Source of the DNA: Octopus vulgaris | Lineage: Eukaryota | NCBI GenBank assembly: GCA_951406725.2 | Contig: OX597835.1 | Location: 4,278,001-4,342,000 of the forward strand | Length of the DNA stretch: 64,000 nt | Direction of reading: 5' to 3' | Shown: in pieces, positions 26,287 to 41,231 of the stretch | Numbering within the stretch: the first letter of the stretch is position 1 | Layout of the letters: every line of letters starts with the position of its first letter | Translations under genes and position numbers: made by a program | The notes under the pieces: model-generated | What the model saw: only the letters and a program-made list of their open reading frames with translations | Databases searched by the model: none | Told to the model about the DNA's origin: nothing

Positions 26287-26412
26287 AATTTCAACCGTGT
26301 TTCGTGGTCTGCTACCACAACGGCTCCTTTATAGGATCCAGTTAGCTCAAGACATCATCAGGAGGAACCACATCCGGTTTCGGCCCCTACCCCTCTACTG
26401 TTTTGACGTGGC
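26287..26412 (-). mobile_element. Solo 3'-terminal segment shared with the Hero-like LINE
   Basis: Colinear with 58875-59000 (GCTCCTTT.TAGGATCCAGTT..AAGACATCATCAGGAGGAACCAC.TCCGGTTT.GGCCCCTAC). Confidence 0.7.
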
Positions 26413-26462
26413 CTACCTGGGTGGCAGCATTAATGTACACAGTCTATGTTTTACACACTGAC

Positions 26463-26567
26463 CTGGTCCTTGGCTAAGTTTAGCAGACTTCACTCTGTTG
26501 CAAACTTTCAGATCAGACTTCCAGTTCGAGGTTATTTCCTTTCTTTCTTCCACCAGTCTTGGAAACT
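26463..26567 (-). CDS. Candidate internal exon (105 nt, phase 1-1)
   Basis: Acceptor CCTAACCATTTTTAG and donor CAG/GTCAGT; single open frame FPRLVEERKEITSNWKSDLKVCNRVKSAKLSQGP. Confidence 0.35.
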
Positions 26568-27691
26568 CTAAAAATGGTTAGGAACGCTGACTTTCCTCTC
26601 TGACTAAGAATTAAAGGATAATTGGACCTTGTTGACGGCTTGACAATTATTACTAAGGCACCCCCAACACAGAATGATATATAAACAGACTCATATCTTT
26701 ATCTACCTAATCTCCCTATTGAATTGGGCCCACGAGGGACAAAGCTGGAACTGTCAAGTTTCGTGTTTATTTTACAATCTTCATCAAACTAACAAGTTCT
26801 TATATTTAAAAGGAAAATATGTTTGACAATACTGTTCAAGTGAACAGCATTCGCCCTGTTTGTGGCGGGAAGACAGTGGGGTAGGGTGTTTGCAAACGTT
26901 TCTGAAACAATTTCGAAGCAAAAGGCCCCACGATCAACGATAAGTATCATGAATCTGATGAAATATGACCTCGTCGAAATAAGCCCCATCTCACTACAGG
27001 GAGTCTTCCGATATTTTGAGGTAGAGATCCTTACGACAAGCGATCATTAATTTACCCCAAAGTTATTCTGTTCCTTTTATGGCTTTCACGTTGTCTCCCA
27101 TATTGGTTTTCTGGTTGTGTTGGCAGTGTTGTTGTAGTTGCTCTTATTGTTCTAGATGCTGCTGTTGTTGATCGTCAGTTGTTTGCTATCACTGTTGTTG
27201 TTGTTGTTGTTGTTGTTGCTGCTGCTGCTGTTGTTGTTGTTGCTGATCCTCATTTGTTTGTTATAACAGTTGTTATTGTTCTCCTAAGACAGCTGACATC
27301 CGCCACTCACTCAGTGTAAAGTGGTTAACCTATCCTGGTTGGTAGCAACCCCCTCCCCCTCCCTTCACACCATCTGTTCAGAGTTTACAATATCTGCTAC
27401 ACATCATGATTTTCCGTACCGATTTCTGTGAAATGCCAGCAGCTAACCGCCGCCCCCCTCATCGCCCCCGACCCCTCACCATCGCACCCCCATCGCGAAC
27501 ACCTTACTTCAATATTATATCTCATTCACAGCAATTATCAACTTCACATTGATGCTTCCAGTTCATAATAAATATGGGATATGATAGATGTGTGCGCGCG
27601 CGCGTTTTCACACATGTGTATATATGGATATTTGGGTATGTAAGAGTAGGTTTATACACATAAACACACCACAAGCATACACATATAGGGT

Positions 27692-27852
27692 CAGGCGTGG
27701 CTGTGTGGTGAGAAATTTGCTTCCCAACCACATGGTTCCGAGTTCAGTCCCACTGCGTGGCACCTTGGGCAGGTGTCTTCTACTGTAGCCTCGAGTCGAC
27801 TAAAGCCTTGTTGGTGGATTTGATGGACGGAAACTGAAAGAAGCATGTCGTG
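27692..27852 (+). mobile_element. SINE family A, 5' half
   Basis: Head to GGAAACTGAAAGAAGC, then interrupted by the repeat at 27858. Confidence 0.85.
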
Positions 27853-27857
27853 TATCT

Positions 27858-28105
27858 TCGAAACGCGGAGTAGATGAAACAGAGGCGACTGAAGAAAGGG
27901 AATTTTCCTTGTGTTGTATGTCCTGTACTCTATTTTTTCGTTGTTTAAGAAAAATTCCTTGGTTTTGTGTTTATGTTTTCGTTTCTCATTGTGTTCGACA
28001 TTTTTTTTGGTGTCCTGTACCCATATATGCATGTATATATACATGTAGAGGTAGGTACGTACATATATGTATGTATATATACATATGTTTTATTTATTAT
28101 TTTGT

Positions 28106-28110
<5 letters not shown>
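27858..28110 (+). mobile_element. Short (TA)n-abutting interspersed element, copy 1
   Basis: Near-identical copy at 29414-29695; begins CGAAACGCGGAGTAGATGAAACAGAGGCGACTGAAGA. Confidence 0.75.
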
Positions 28111-28142
<32 letters not shown>

Positions 28143-28523
28143 TATAACAAATTAATAAATAAAACATATTGTCCAGTCACTTGCACATTAATTTCAAGAG
28201 CAGGCTGTTCCGTTCATCGGATCAACAGGAACGCGCATCGTTTTATCTGACGGAGATCCAGTCATACACACGTACGGCAATAATACAGGAGAGATAAAGG
28301 GGAGGGGGCCGTAGAGGGAAAATTGAAATAAAGCTCAGCCGCCAGACAAGAGCGATCTTTCAAGTTTACCGCCTCCACAAGTGATCAGACGTTTCTCTAA
28401 AGACCGGCGGTTGGGGACCGTATCACGTCTTTCACTATTTGATGGTGGACATGTTTTCATTGAGGACATTTTTAATATGTGCATCGGCAATTAATTAGTA
28501 GAGACCAATCGGTCATCAGAACG

Positions 28524-28576
28524 TTGATGGGTGGACGGGTGTATATTTGATGGGTGGACGGGTGTATATTTGATGG
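28524..28576. repeat. 23-bp tandem duplication
   Basis: TTGATGGGTGGACGGGTGTATAT x2.3. Confidence 0.9.
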
Positions 28577-28654
28577 TATGTCTTCATCCCTCTACAACTG
28601 GACATTGCGTGTAAAGCGGGCAATATAGCTTTTATCATCTCTTGATTTCTTTCT

Positions 28655-28723
<69 letters not shown>

Positions 28724-28953
28724 TACACAGAAACATCTGCGCGTGTATGTGTGTGTGCGCGCATCCGAGCGAATTTATATGTATGTATATGTATGCACAA
28801 GAACACAAACGCACACATAGAAATAGACGGACAGATACTATACTCAGATATCAATGAACAACCTTTATGAAACCACACAAACACAGACGCACACATACAC
28901 TCTTGTCTGTTAGTCCATCTTCATATATATGTATTTAAACAGACATACAAATG

Positions 28954-28991
<38 letters not shown>

Positions 28992-29020
28992 TACATACAT
29001 ACATACATATATACATACAT

Positions 29021-29124
<104 letters not shown>

Positions 29125-29363
29125 TTGGAAATAGATGCTTCGCGTCCAATTAAATTATAAGTAATAAATAATATATATATAATATATATACACACACACA
29201 CATATTTATGACGGGCTTCTTTCAGTTTCCGTCAACCAAATCCACTCACAAGGCTTTGGTCGGTGCGAGGATTGCAGAAAACACATACTCAAGACATCTC
29301 AACGCGTCTAAAGCATACTTCGTTTGTTTGTTTACGTTCATCGGAATTTGAATTTATATAATT

Positions 29364-29413
<50 letters not shown>

Positions 29414-29417
<4 letters not shown>

Positions 29418-29690
29418 AGTAGATGAAACAGAGGCGACTGAAGATGGGGAATTTTCCTTCTGTTATTTGTCCTGTACTCTATTTTTTCGTTGTTTAAGAA
29501 AAATGTCCATTTCCTTGGTTTTGTGTTTATGTTTTCGTTTCTCATTGTGTTCGACGACTTTTTGTTGCCCTGTACCCATATATGCATGTATATATATACA
29601 TGTAGAGGTAGGTACGTACATATATGTATGTATATATGCACATGTTTTATTTATTAATTTGTTATTATATGACGGAACGTAAGTTTGTTC

Positions 29691-29695
<5 letters not shown>
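29414..29695 (+). mobile_element. Short (TA)n-embedded element, copy 2
   Basis: Matches 27865-28110; (TA)n on both sides. Confidence 0.75.
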
Positions 29696-29743
<48 letters not shown>

Positions 29744-29774
29744 TTATGTATGTAGATATATATATATATATATG

Positions 29775-29810
<36 letters not shown>

Positions 29811-29910
29811 TATATATATTTATATATATATACATACATGTATATACATAAATACATATATAGTCTTATATATATTATTTATTAAAGATATTTACTTTCA
29901 TATATATGTG

Positions 29911-29965
<55 letters not shown>

Positions 29966-30069
29966 TACTTAAACACACACAGACACAAACACACACTCGC
30001 ACACACACACACATACGCATATTTAATTTATTTATGTGCGAGTGTGTGTGTATGTGTGGCTGTGTGCGC

Positions 30070-30120
<51 letters not shown>

Positions 30121-30563
30121 CATAAAACTATAAATGTCTCCCCGAAATACATACATACATCGGTTTGTTTAATTAGCGAAATGAACAGAAGCCGTTCTGA
30201 TGTGGTGTTAAGTGTTTTAGAACCGGTCTTGTTGACATCGTGTTTTGCGGAGAGGAATTATGAGTGGCTCGTTGATAATGTTGTTGTTGGCGTTGTTGGC
30301 GATGTGGTGCTTATCTACGTTGTCGTACTGTGACGGTGTGTCGGGCGGAGAGAGTCGAAATGCTGCCGGTGGATGGCGATCCAGCTGGAGAATCAATTGC
30401 TAAGAGGTGGTGGTCAGATGAGAGGAGAGGAAAATGAAATTTATTTCGACTAAAGTGGTTTGAACTCAACTGGCCAATCACTTTGTTTTCCTTTTTTGCT
30501 TTATTTTTGCTTTTACGGTCACCCCCTCGTCGAGTTGAGTTCATTCTGCTCTCTACGTACGCT

Positions 30564-30636
<73 letters not shown>

Positions 30637-30767
30637 GTTCACTAAATTAAACACACACATACACACACACATAGAAGCATACATATAGACACTGCCGTAT
30701 TACGCACGAAAACATGCTGTTAATATGAGGGATGGTGTATATTTGTATGTGTGTGTGTGTGTGTGTG

Positions 30768-30921
30768 TAGGCACAGATGCGCCTGTGTTAAGAAATTTGC
30801 TCCTCAATCACATGTTTGCAGGTTCAGTCCTATTGCATGGCAGCTTGGACCAGTGTCTTCTACAATAGGCTAGGGCTGATCAAAGCCTTGTGAGTGCATC
30901 CGGAACTGAAAGAAGTCTGTC

Positions 30922-30999
<78 letters not shown>

Positions 31000-31215
31000 A
31001 TATATATATGTATATATATACACAGTATATAATATGTCTAAAGACACACACACGCACAAATACATATACACTCACACACGAATGTTGGGGGGGGGGGGTG
31101 TATGTGTATATGACAGGCTTCTTTCGGTTTCCGTCTACCAAATCCACTCAGAAGGCTTTGGTTGCCCGAGGCTATAGTAGAAGACACTTGCCTAAAGTGC
31201 CGTGCAGTAGAACTT
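30768..31215. mobile_element. Two SINE A fragments in opposite orientation (+30768-30923; -31110-31215)
   Basis: Family A head and body on + and a reverse-complement body fragment, separated by microsatellite. Confidence 0.7.
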
Positions 31216-31450
31216 GATCTCAGAATGTATAGGGTGGTAACAGACAGACATCACACGGCTTCCCATCCGACTTTCCAGAAATTCCGCCAATCCACCGTCT
31301 TGGACTATTAATTCGTTTATACACCCGGAAAGGTTAAAGGTTAAAATTTGACCACGACAGCGTTTGAACTCGGAATGTGGAGAACCGCAAAAATACGAAA
31401 CGTTTTATCTGACATTCTGACGACTTTGCCAATCCACTGCTCGTGTTTTT

Positions 31451-31454
<4 letters not shown>

Positions 31455-31536
<82 letters not shown>

Positions 31537-31540
31537 TGTC

Positions 31541-31604
<64 letters not shown>

Positions 31605-31608
31605 TGTC

Positions 31609-31675
<67 letters not shown>
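31455..31675. repeat. (TG)n with duplicated interruption GAGTGTCTTTG (68-bp higher-order unit)
   Basis: The interruption occurs at ~31534 and ~31602. Confidence 0.9.
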
Positions 31676-31678
<3 letters not shown>

Positions 31679-32109
31679 GTGGTGCCACAGCAAAGGTAAT
31701 GTGCCAGTGATTGTAAAGAAATTATTGAAACGATTAAAGACCAACAGAAACGAAACGAACATCAAAGAAAGAAAATTAATTGCTTGCGTTAATGTTTCTA
31801 ATCAAACGTTGTCTAGTTAACGTTTTACTAATTATTTCACCTGACCGAATACTAAATGGTTTTCGCATAAAAAAGACGACAACAACAACAACAACAATAA
31901 CAACAATAACAGCTGTCTTATATAACCGTTCCAGCAATAAAGCTTTTAAATACTGAGTTAATAAGGTTATTGTAATTAAAAAGCATTTTGATGACGTCAA
32001 TTGAGAAAAATCAGTTGTGTTGGTCATCAGAGTTCCTAGATGGGAATCTCTGATTACTGACGAAAGTGTCCAGTTTCTGGCTGCTGTTATTTTGCCATGG
32101 ATCATGTCG

Positions 32110-32326
32110 CTCTTTTACTCTTTTATTCTTTTACTTGTTTCAGTCATATGACTGCGGTCATGCTGGAGCACCGCCTTTAGTCGAGCAAATCGACCCCAGG
32201 ACTTATTCTTTATAAGCCTAGTACTTATTATACCACTCTCATTTGCCAAAAAGTTAAGTTACGAGGATGTAAACACACCAGCATCGGTTGTCAAGGGATG
32301 TTGGGGGAACAATCACAGACACACAA

Positions 32327-32357
<31 letters not shown>

Positions 32358-32535
32358 CATATACATATATACGACGGGCTTCTTTTCAGTTTCCGTCTAC
32401 TGAATCCACTCACAAGGCTTTGGTCAGCCCGAGGCTATGATGGAAGACACTTGCCCAAGGTGCCACGCAGTGGGACTGAACCCGGAACCATGTGGTTGGT
32501 AAGCAAGCTACTTACCACACAGCCACACCTGCGCC
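32110..32535 (-). mobile_element. SINE family A, full length
   Basis: Colinear with 4925-5331. Confidence 0.9.
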
Positions 32536-33420
32536 TATGTCTGGTAAAATATTTAGAAAAAATATTGAAAACTATTAATCATTTCTTTGATTAATGTTTA
32601 ACTTAACTGTTTGATGAATCGCTTTTACGATTTCATTCCCGGGTTTAACAAATTACATTCTTCTTTCAACTGTTCAGACATTCATATGGAATTTCTGAGG
32701 CCCTTGAATTATATTTTTTTCAAAATCCGTGGCGCATCAATTCTACTTGGTGTGCAACCAGCATCCCTTGCGGTGCTACTAGGGTTCGACAAGAGTGCCA
32801 CGGTACATTGTTTCAGAAGAACTGAGCTATACGATAGAAAAATCTGCATAAATTGGAACTGTTATTGTGCGGCGGATCAGCAGAATAAGTAGAGCGCCGA
32901 GAAAAGGCTTTCTGTGCTTAAGTTAAAATTCTTTACATTCTGAGTTCAAACTTCATTAATGCCACCTTTGCCATTCGTATTTTTGGGGTTTCATTAAAGA
33001 AAGAACCAATCAAGCACTGGAAGGTGACATAACACATTGCAGTATTTCCCACTGATATGACGCTTTTTGGGAGAAACAAAATTTGTTACATTTAGTTATG
33101 GACCTTTATGTTCTGAGTTCAAATCACGCCAAAATCAACTGCATTCCCCATCACCACAGAACAATGAGGCGTTGTGGTGTCTTGTTCGTCGTGTGTTATG
33201 AATGGTGACCAAAACTTCACTAAATAAAAACCAGACTTGAATTTGCATCCACCACCCACACAAAAAAATAAAGAAATACAAGATAATTGTGAAAAAAACA
33301 AAATAGGAAAAAATAAAAAGATTGTTTACTTTTAACGGAAGTTTAAGGAAAGAAAACCACCTCAGCCACCATCACCGCCACCACTTCCCCTACCATCACC
33401 ACCTTCACCACCAACAACGT

Positions 33421-33535
33421 CGGTCGATTAAATAAGTACCAGTTACGCACTGGAGTCCATGTAATCGACTTAATCCCTTTGTCTGTCCTTGTTTGTCTCC
33501 TCTGTGTTTAGCCCCTTGTGGGCAATAAAGTAATA
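33421..33535 (+). mobile_element. SINE family B, 3' part
   Basis: Matches 8637-8750 including TGTGTTTAGCCCC..GGCAATAAAG. Confidence 0.8.
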
Positions 33536-33706
33536 AGATATAGAAATAAAAGCGACAGAATAAAAAGTGAACCAAACAAGGGAACCAGCTGATTGCACCG
33601 AATTTGACATAAGATAGAGGAGAGATTCCCAGGAGACTTTGAAGGTTTCTAGGATGTGTGTGCCTATGTGTGTGTGTGTGCATATATATGCATATATATA
33701 TATATG

Positions 33707-33777
<71 letters not shown>

Positions 33778-34489
33778 GTATGTATATGTATATGTGTTTG
33801 TACGCATATATATGTCTATATATATATATATATGTATGTATATGTATATGTGTGCGTGTATGTGTTTGTATGCATGCATATGTATGTCTGTATATATACC
33901 TATGTAGATAAGATATGCACACATACTTTCACTCATACAACATATATATATATATACACACACACAATACGTACACACATACACACAAACACACACACAC
34001 ATGCAATCGCAGATATGGATGTATGTATGTATGTATATCAACTAAAGTATCCGAACCATTAAATATGGTGTCGTGTCATAATCCTCAACTGTTATGTTCG
34101 GTGTTATAACAGTTAGATAAGACTTACAAACAGCTTCCGACACATGCTTAGTAAACCACGCCAACCACGCCAACCACGCCATCCACGCCAGATCGTGTCA
34201 AAGCAATCTAGTTATCACAGAGCAGAGAAACGGCTTCAGAAATACAACTTGTTTAGTTCCGAAACCGTTATTGCTATCGTCCTTCCTTCGTTGTTGGACA
34301 GAAGTACCAAGTGACCGCGTTGCCAAAAGTCTTGGAGTACTGGCACCAAGTTCTTTAGTTCCGAAATAAGATAAGAAATGATTAGACACCATTTTGTATG
34401 TCTCAGTCTTAGGACCTGACTTCACTGACTGCTGCCAACATCATGTGACCTAGCATTTTCTAGTGTCATTCACTCATATTACATATACA

Positions 34490-34525
<36 letters not shown>

Positions 34526-34528
34526 TAT

Positions 34529-34625
<97 letters not shown>

Positions 34626-35559
34626 ATTTATATATATGTAATATGTATGTGTGTGTCTGTGCGTGTGTGTGTGTGTGCACATGCGCGCGCACGCACATTT
34701 GAATTAACGAAAGTTCGAAAGTTTAAAACAATGAACTCTACATTTGGTAAAATTTAATTATTCGGTGCTATTAATTAATCATATTCGTTTTTCACAGATT
34801 TCTTCGCTTTCGCTTTCCTTCCCTTTCCATCTTTTCTCTCTCCCTCTTTCTCTCTGTATATCCAATACACACACACACACACATGCGCGCGCGTGTGTGT
34901 GTATTTATTTAACTGAAGCCATGACTGGCTTCAGTTCTTCGAATCTTCATAAAAGAACGAGAGAAACTCAAATCCGAGAAAGATCTATGAATGAGGAAAC
35001 TTTTCTTCATTTATAGAAGTTGCCTCGTTTATATATCTGAGCACACACACACACACACACACACACTGTGACCGCATATACAGACAGGGTGTACTTACAT
35101 ATACATACACTGCACGCTCGCACAAACATACACTCAATGCACGCTCACACACAATGCGCTCACATACACAGACAATTCACAAATACACACACATGTACAC
35201 AATAGATTGTCCTTATTGCATTCACTTCCAGCCTCTTCTAGAGACATCTTCAAACCCTCCAATCTCTCTCCTCTCTCTCTTTTCCCTCTCTCTCCCCTGC
35301 TCTCTTTTCCCTCTCTCTCCCCTGCTCTCCTTTCTCTCTCTCTCTCCCCTGCTCTCTACTGTCTTTCCGCTCTTTCCTCTCTTCCCGCTCTCACCTCTCT
35401 TTCTCGCTCTTTCCTCTCTTTTCGGCTCTTTCCTCTCTTGCCCGCTCTTTCTTCTCTTTTCCGCTCTCTCCTCTCTTGCCCGCTCTCCCTCTGTCTCCCC
35501 CCTCTTTCATGACAACCAATACAGATTTCGTGAGTCCAGATCAAATCAAGGCCAACTCC

Positions 35560-35910
35560 CCTACCTCACCACATAGCTCTGAACCACGAGAAATTCAAGA
35601 AAAGTGTTGTCGCCATTAACATCAGAGAAGCTTTCGACTTGTGTTGAACGAATTCTATGCCTTTATCGATTCCACCCGTCTCTCGATTTTTGGATCATTG
35701 GTTCCCCGTCAGATCGTACAATCGCAGTGTCCCCTAAATGATTTCTGATCCATATACTATAAACCCCAATGTACCCCAGTGTTCCGTTGCAGCTTTCTAT
35801 ACCCTCCCTATTCTTCCTGCATATCAACGATCTACTTCCTGTACATCATTCTATAATCGACTTATCTTCAACCCCAAAAGCGCCCACCCCTATGCCGATG
35901 ATACCAGCTG
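35560..35910 (+). mobile_element. Degraded CR1/L2-group LINE reverse transcriptase fragment
   Basis: Broken translation VAINIREAFD..INPNVPQCSV..PSLFFLHINDLL..YADDTS corresponds to RT motifs KAFD, GVPQGS, LF..YINDL and YADD. Confidence 0.7.
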
Positions 35911-37560
35911 AAATTCCTTCTTAATCTACTGCACCTCACCTTCACCTACCAGCAGCCTAAACATCTCCAACCAAAATCCAACTTCTGAAACATTGAGAAC
36001 ATCCTCTTCATCACGTCAAGTAATCTTGTCTTTTTCAACTACTTAATGACAAAAAAAAAAAAAGCAAAAAACAAAAAACAAAAACAAAACAAAAACAAAA
36101 AGCAAAAAACAAAAAAAAATACAGATTATTATTTGCTCCCAAACTGGACAGTACACAACTAAGGTTCTGAAAGTCCGTACAAGTGCAAGGTCTATCAGTG
36201 AGTATCCCTCCTGGATAATTTAAGCCCTTAACATAACCAAACTGCACACGAGGCAAATGATACAAGGCTTGCAGCAGAAATATTATGAAATATTGAAACA
36301 AACTCCGTCATTTTTGCCGGGTACTACAGCAGCATTTGTGTATGTTGTATACTGTGTTTCTGTGCGTGAGGTATGCATGGGTGCGTGAGGGTATACAGGG
36401 TATATATGGGTGTGCGAATGGTTAAAAAGTTTGTGACGGCGGTAATGTTAAAAAGATCTAAATTTAAATATTTGCTTTGAAATCCAAGAGTTTAATGAAT
36501 GCGTATACATAATTAGTTTGTTATTGTTGTCGGTTCTAAAGATAGCCCAATACTAATGGGGTAGCTTATTGTCCAGGGTATATAATTGATAAAACAGAAC
36601 TAATATATAACTATGAATATAGTGTCTTTCTGTTTCTGCAACACCGGTCTCCACCTCTCTCTTCCTCTCCCCTCTCTCTCTCTCTCTCTCTCTCTGTATG
36701 CGTTTATGTATGTGTGTGTGAATGTGTAAAAAGCATGTATGTATACGTATGCATGTGTATATGAGAGGTGCGTGTATCCTCGTATATATACACACACACA
36801 TATAAACATACATACATACATACATACATACATACATACATACATACATACATAATACATATATACATACATACATACATACATACATACATACATACAT
36901 ACATACATACATACATACACATAATTCCACATTTACTACAAACATAAGTTGAACATATGTTTGTTAGTATTTCAAGACTTTTCCAGTTTAGGAATTTTAT
37001 CTTTTATTGTCCAATTCTTAACAGTTTTAACAACTGGACAAATAGATACCTCGGTGATATAATAAGGATGTATCTTCGTACTGACTTTATATGTGAGAAA
37101 TAACAGCCAAAACTCACTCCACCCACACAAGAGATAACGTACTGGATAACTTACTGCGAGATACTGTTAGCATATTGGGTAAAGAACACAATATTTCTGC
37201 AAGTCGGATAGTTTCGATTTTATTATGATTTCCTCAGTGAGGGCGGTGAACTGGCAGAATGGTTAGGTGGTCGGCAGAGATACTACGCCGCGTTTCTCCA
37301 GGCTCTTTAAGCTCTTAGTTCAAAGCCAACAGATGCTAATGTGTGTTTCATCCACACGGGATCGATAATATACAATACCGGTGAAGTACTGGGATGGGAT
37401 GGGAGTGGGTTTCAATGTAACCACCTAATCCTTTCCCTTAAAAAAATCACTACTTTTTAAACTAAATTAGAAATCCTTATGCTTTCCTGAGTGAAGATTT
37501 GTGCTCTGTATCTACCAAAGTTGTAAGAGGGAAATCCTTAAGTAAATATACAAAGTTGAA

Positions 37561-37680
37561 CGGTTCCAGGTTCCGTCCCACTGCATGGCACCTTGGGCAA
37601 GTGTCTTCTACTATAGCCTCGGGCCGACCAAAGCCTTGTGAGTGGATTTAGTAAACAGAAACTGAAAGAAGCCCGTCATA
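37561..37680 (+). mobile_element. SINE family A fragment
   Basis: GGCACCTTGGGCAAGTGTCTTCTACTATAGCCTCGGGCCGACCAAAGCC..AACTGAAAGAAGCCCGTC followed by (TA)n(TG)n. Confidence 0.85.
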
Positions 37681-37688
37681 TATATGTT

Positions 37689-37779
<91 letters not shown>

Positions 37780-38481
37780 TGGGGAGGGATACACTTGTTC
37801 CGGGGTCAAACAATTTATCTGGGACTTCATCATCCAATGGATAATCTGTGATTTGATAGATATTTGGTTGCTATTAGAGCAGATTGGAGGAACCCGCAGA
37901 AGGCTCCGTTGTCAAAGGACGAATTAGATTTTGAAGGCAGAGCAGATCGGACTGGAAAAGATGGAGACAGTGGCAAGAGTTGGTTTGTCATCAACTGGAG
38001 ACTAATTACAGGACGTTAATAGAGGCTAGGAATGTTTGAACACGTCAAGCGTGGGGTATGTGTGGAATTGAACGTGATTTAGGGCGAGAGAGGGGGGATA
38101 GAGAGGAGAGAAAGACAGAGAGAGTAGAAAGAGGTGAGAAAGGAGAGAGGGAGAGAGAAAGAGCGGGAGGGGATGTATAAGTAATGACTGTTGCGATGTT
38201 TAGTTTGAATATAATGTTGAGTAATGAGATGATAAAACCCAGGTTGGCCTCATGGCATAACGTCTGTTAAATGTGAGGCCTCTTTGGCTTTGCACTGATA
38301 TGCACTGATATACATATATAAGTGTATATTTCTGTGTGTGTGTGTGCGTGTATATATATGTATGTATGTATGTATCTCTTTGTCTATGCCCCTCTCTCCA
38401 CAGACATAATGCATATAAGTCGAAACAAATTTATGGGTTTTTTGGTTTTTTAAAAATAATATTTTATGTTATACTATATTA

Positions 38482-38631
38482 TGACTGTGTGGTAAGTAGC
38501 TTGTTTACCAACCACATGGTGCCGGGTTCAATCCCACTGCGTGGCACCTTGGATATCTTCTACTATATCCTCGAGACGACCAAAGTCTTGTGAGTGGATT
38601 TGGTAGACGGAAACTGAAAGAAGCCCGTTGT

Positions 38632-38683
<52 letters not shown>

Positions 38684-38901
38684 GTATATGTTTGTGTGTC
38701 TGTGTTTGTCTCCACAACATCGATTGACAACCGATGATGGTGTGTTTACCTCCTCGTCACTTAGCGGTTCGGCAAAAGAGACCGATAGAATAAGTACTAG
38801 GCTTACAAAGAATAAGTCCCTGGGTCGACTTGCTCGACTAAAGGCAGTGCTTCAGCATGGCCGCAGCCAAATGACTGAAACAAATGAAACAATAAAAGAA
38901 T
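38482..38901 (+). mobile_element. SINE family A, near full length
   Basis: Colinear with 6778-7184. Confidence 0.9.
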
Positions 38902-38916
38902 AGTATATTATGTTAT

Positions 38917-39096
38917 GTGGAGACGCATGGCCTAGTGGTTAGAGCAGTAGACTCGCGGTCGAGGGATCGCGGGTTCGAAACTCAGACCGGGCGATGTGTG
39001 TGTGTGTTTATGAGCGAAGCACCTAAGTTCCACGCGGCCCTAACAGAAGGTAATGTCGAACTTCTGACTCTTTCGCCACAACTTTCTCTCACTCTT
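38917..39096 (+). mobile_element. SINE family C-related, 5' part
   Basis: GTGGAGACGCATGGCCTAGTGGTTAGAGCAGTAGACTCGCGGTC..CCACAACTTTCTCTCACTCT. Confidence 0.8.
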
Positions 39097-39104
39097 TGCA
39101 TGTG

Positions 39105-39204
<100 letters not shown>

Positions 39205-39863
39205 ATCACTGAGGAGCTAATTATGGTAAAGAAAAGCAATAAAGTGCAAATTATTAACCGTTTCAAACATTAACGGTTTTCTCTCGGTTGTTTTTATTTA
39301 ACGGACATTAGGGAAGCTAAATACATCTGTATATAAACACACATAGAAACACACACATATTATGGCTACATAAATATAAACACACACACACTCACGCACA
39401 CACACATACACACACGCACCTATATATATGTTATGGTTGTGAAAATGTATAAGCACAAATATTGTGAATAGAATAAGAGTCTCAAGTGAAAATGAAGCGT
39501 TGGAACATCATAGAAGTTGATCGGATTGTTATCTTGGGGAGAGATGACGGTCGGTTGTAGGGTGATGTCAGGTGCTGTGTTAATAACCCACTAAACTGAG
39601 ATGGTATCAGGTATTTATGGAGCTTTATAGCATGGATAGGGGGGAGAAGGAGGAGGAGGAGGCTGAAGGGGAGAAGGAGGAGGTGGTATAGAGGAGAGAG
39701 AGAGAGAGGACAACTTTGATGTTAGCTATCAAGACAGCGAAAGTTGGTGTTTATCCTGGTCGTGATGGATGACTACAGCATGTCTCTGCGTTGGAATCGA
39801 GAAAACAATTATGTACTCACGTATATAAGTGGGGATGTATACACACACACACACACACACACA

Positions 39864-39896
<33 letters not shown>

Positions 39897-39937
39897 AATA
39901 TATATGTATATATGTATATATATAATGTATATGTATA

Positions 39938-39969
<32 letters not shown>

Positions 39970-40700
39970 AGTGTACATATATATGTATATGTCTATATAT
40001 ATATGTATATATGTATATATATATATATATATATATGTATATGTATACATATATATGTATATGTATACACACACACACACACACATATATATATATGTGT
40101 ATGTGTGTGTGTATATATATATATACATATAAGAGAGTGTGCATGTGTAAATATGTCTATGTAGGTGTTTTCATATCATTATAAGAACTCACACTCTCTC
40201 ACACACAAAAATATATATGTATATGTGTATGTGTGTGTGTTTGTGCGTGAATGCATGTGTGTGTGTGTGTGTGTGTAAATACGCGCGCATACATAAAGGA
40301 CGATAACACAGTTGTGGATGCGATTAAGTGATGGAGTACCCAATAAACTTAAGACAGAGTGGAATAAGATGTATTCAAACCTGCATCTTCACAGATCGCT
40401 ACTCCACAAAAATGGCGAGTTTACCATCCTCATAGGAAAATAATAAACTCTTAATTTAGAGTAGTAATCTGTGAGCATAAGGTGTTCAATCAAAACACAC
40501 ACACACACATACACACACACACACATGCACTAAGCATTTGTGTACACTAGTGAAAAGACGTGTCGTACGATTGGGTATTCTTATCGAGTGTATGTATATA
40601 TCAAAGTGGCGGAGTCTTGGTGAATCATTGTGTGATATTACATTCAAGAGACTTCTTGGGTAACGTCTGAGCAATAGAAGATATAAAGTAAAGTAAAAAA

Positions 40701-40869
40701 GAAAACAAAACAAAGTTGGGATTTTACCGTATATTTCTATACTTCGGGGTTACGACCCCTTCCTCAGGACACGTAGAAATGCCCTAAGCTTTTCCGCAAA
40801 TCCTGAAGAAGGAGTCATAGCCCCGAAATATAAAAATATAAGGTAAAATTACAAATTTGTTTTGTTTTC
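40701..40869. mobile_element. Inverted repeat whose two arms each carry a degenerate hammerhead core (Penelope pseudo-LTR-like)
   Basis: Arms 40701-40769 and 40801-40869. Minus: CTGAGGA-A-GGGGT-CGTA-ACCCC-GAAG-TATA. Plus: CTGAAGA-A-GGAGT-CATA-GCCCC-GAAA-TATA. Confidence 0.6.
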
Positions 40870-40879
40870 CTTTTATAAT

Positions 40880-41231
<352 letters not shown>

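Noticed and set aside
26300-26390. CTGATGA and GAAA words on the minus strand of the Hero 3' block
   Set aside because: No adequate stem I or stem II could be formed; not called a hammerhead.
34155-34190. (ACCACGCCA)x4 and other short direct repeats as a CRISPR-like array
   Set aside because: No spacers and a eukaryotic context; simple minisatellite.
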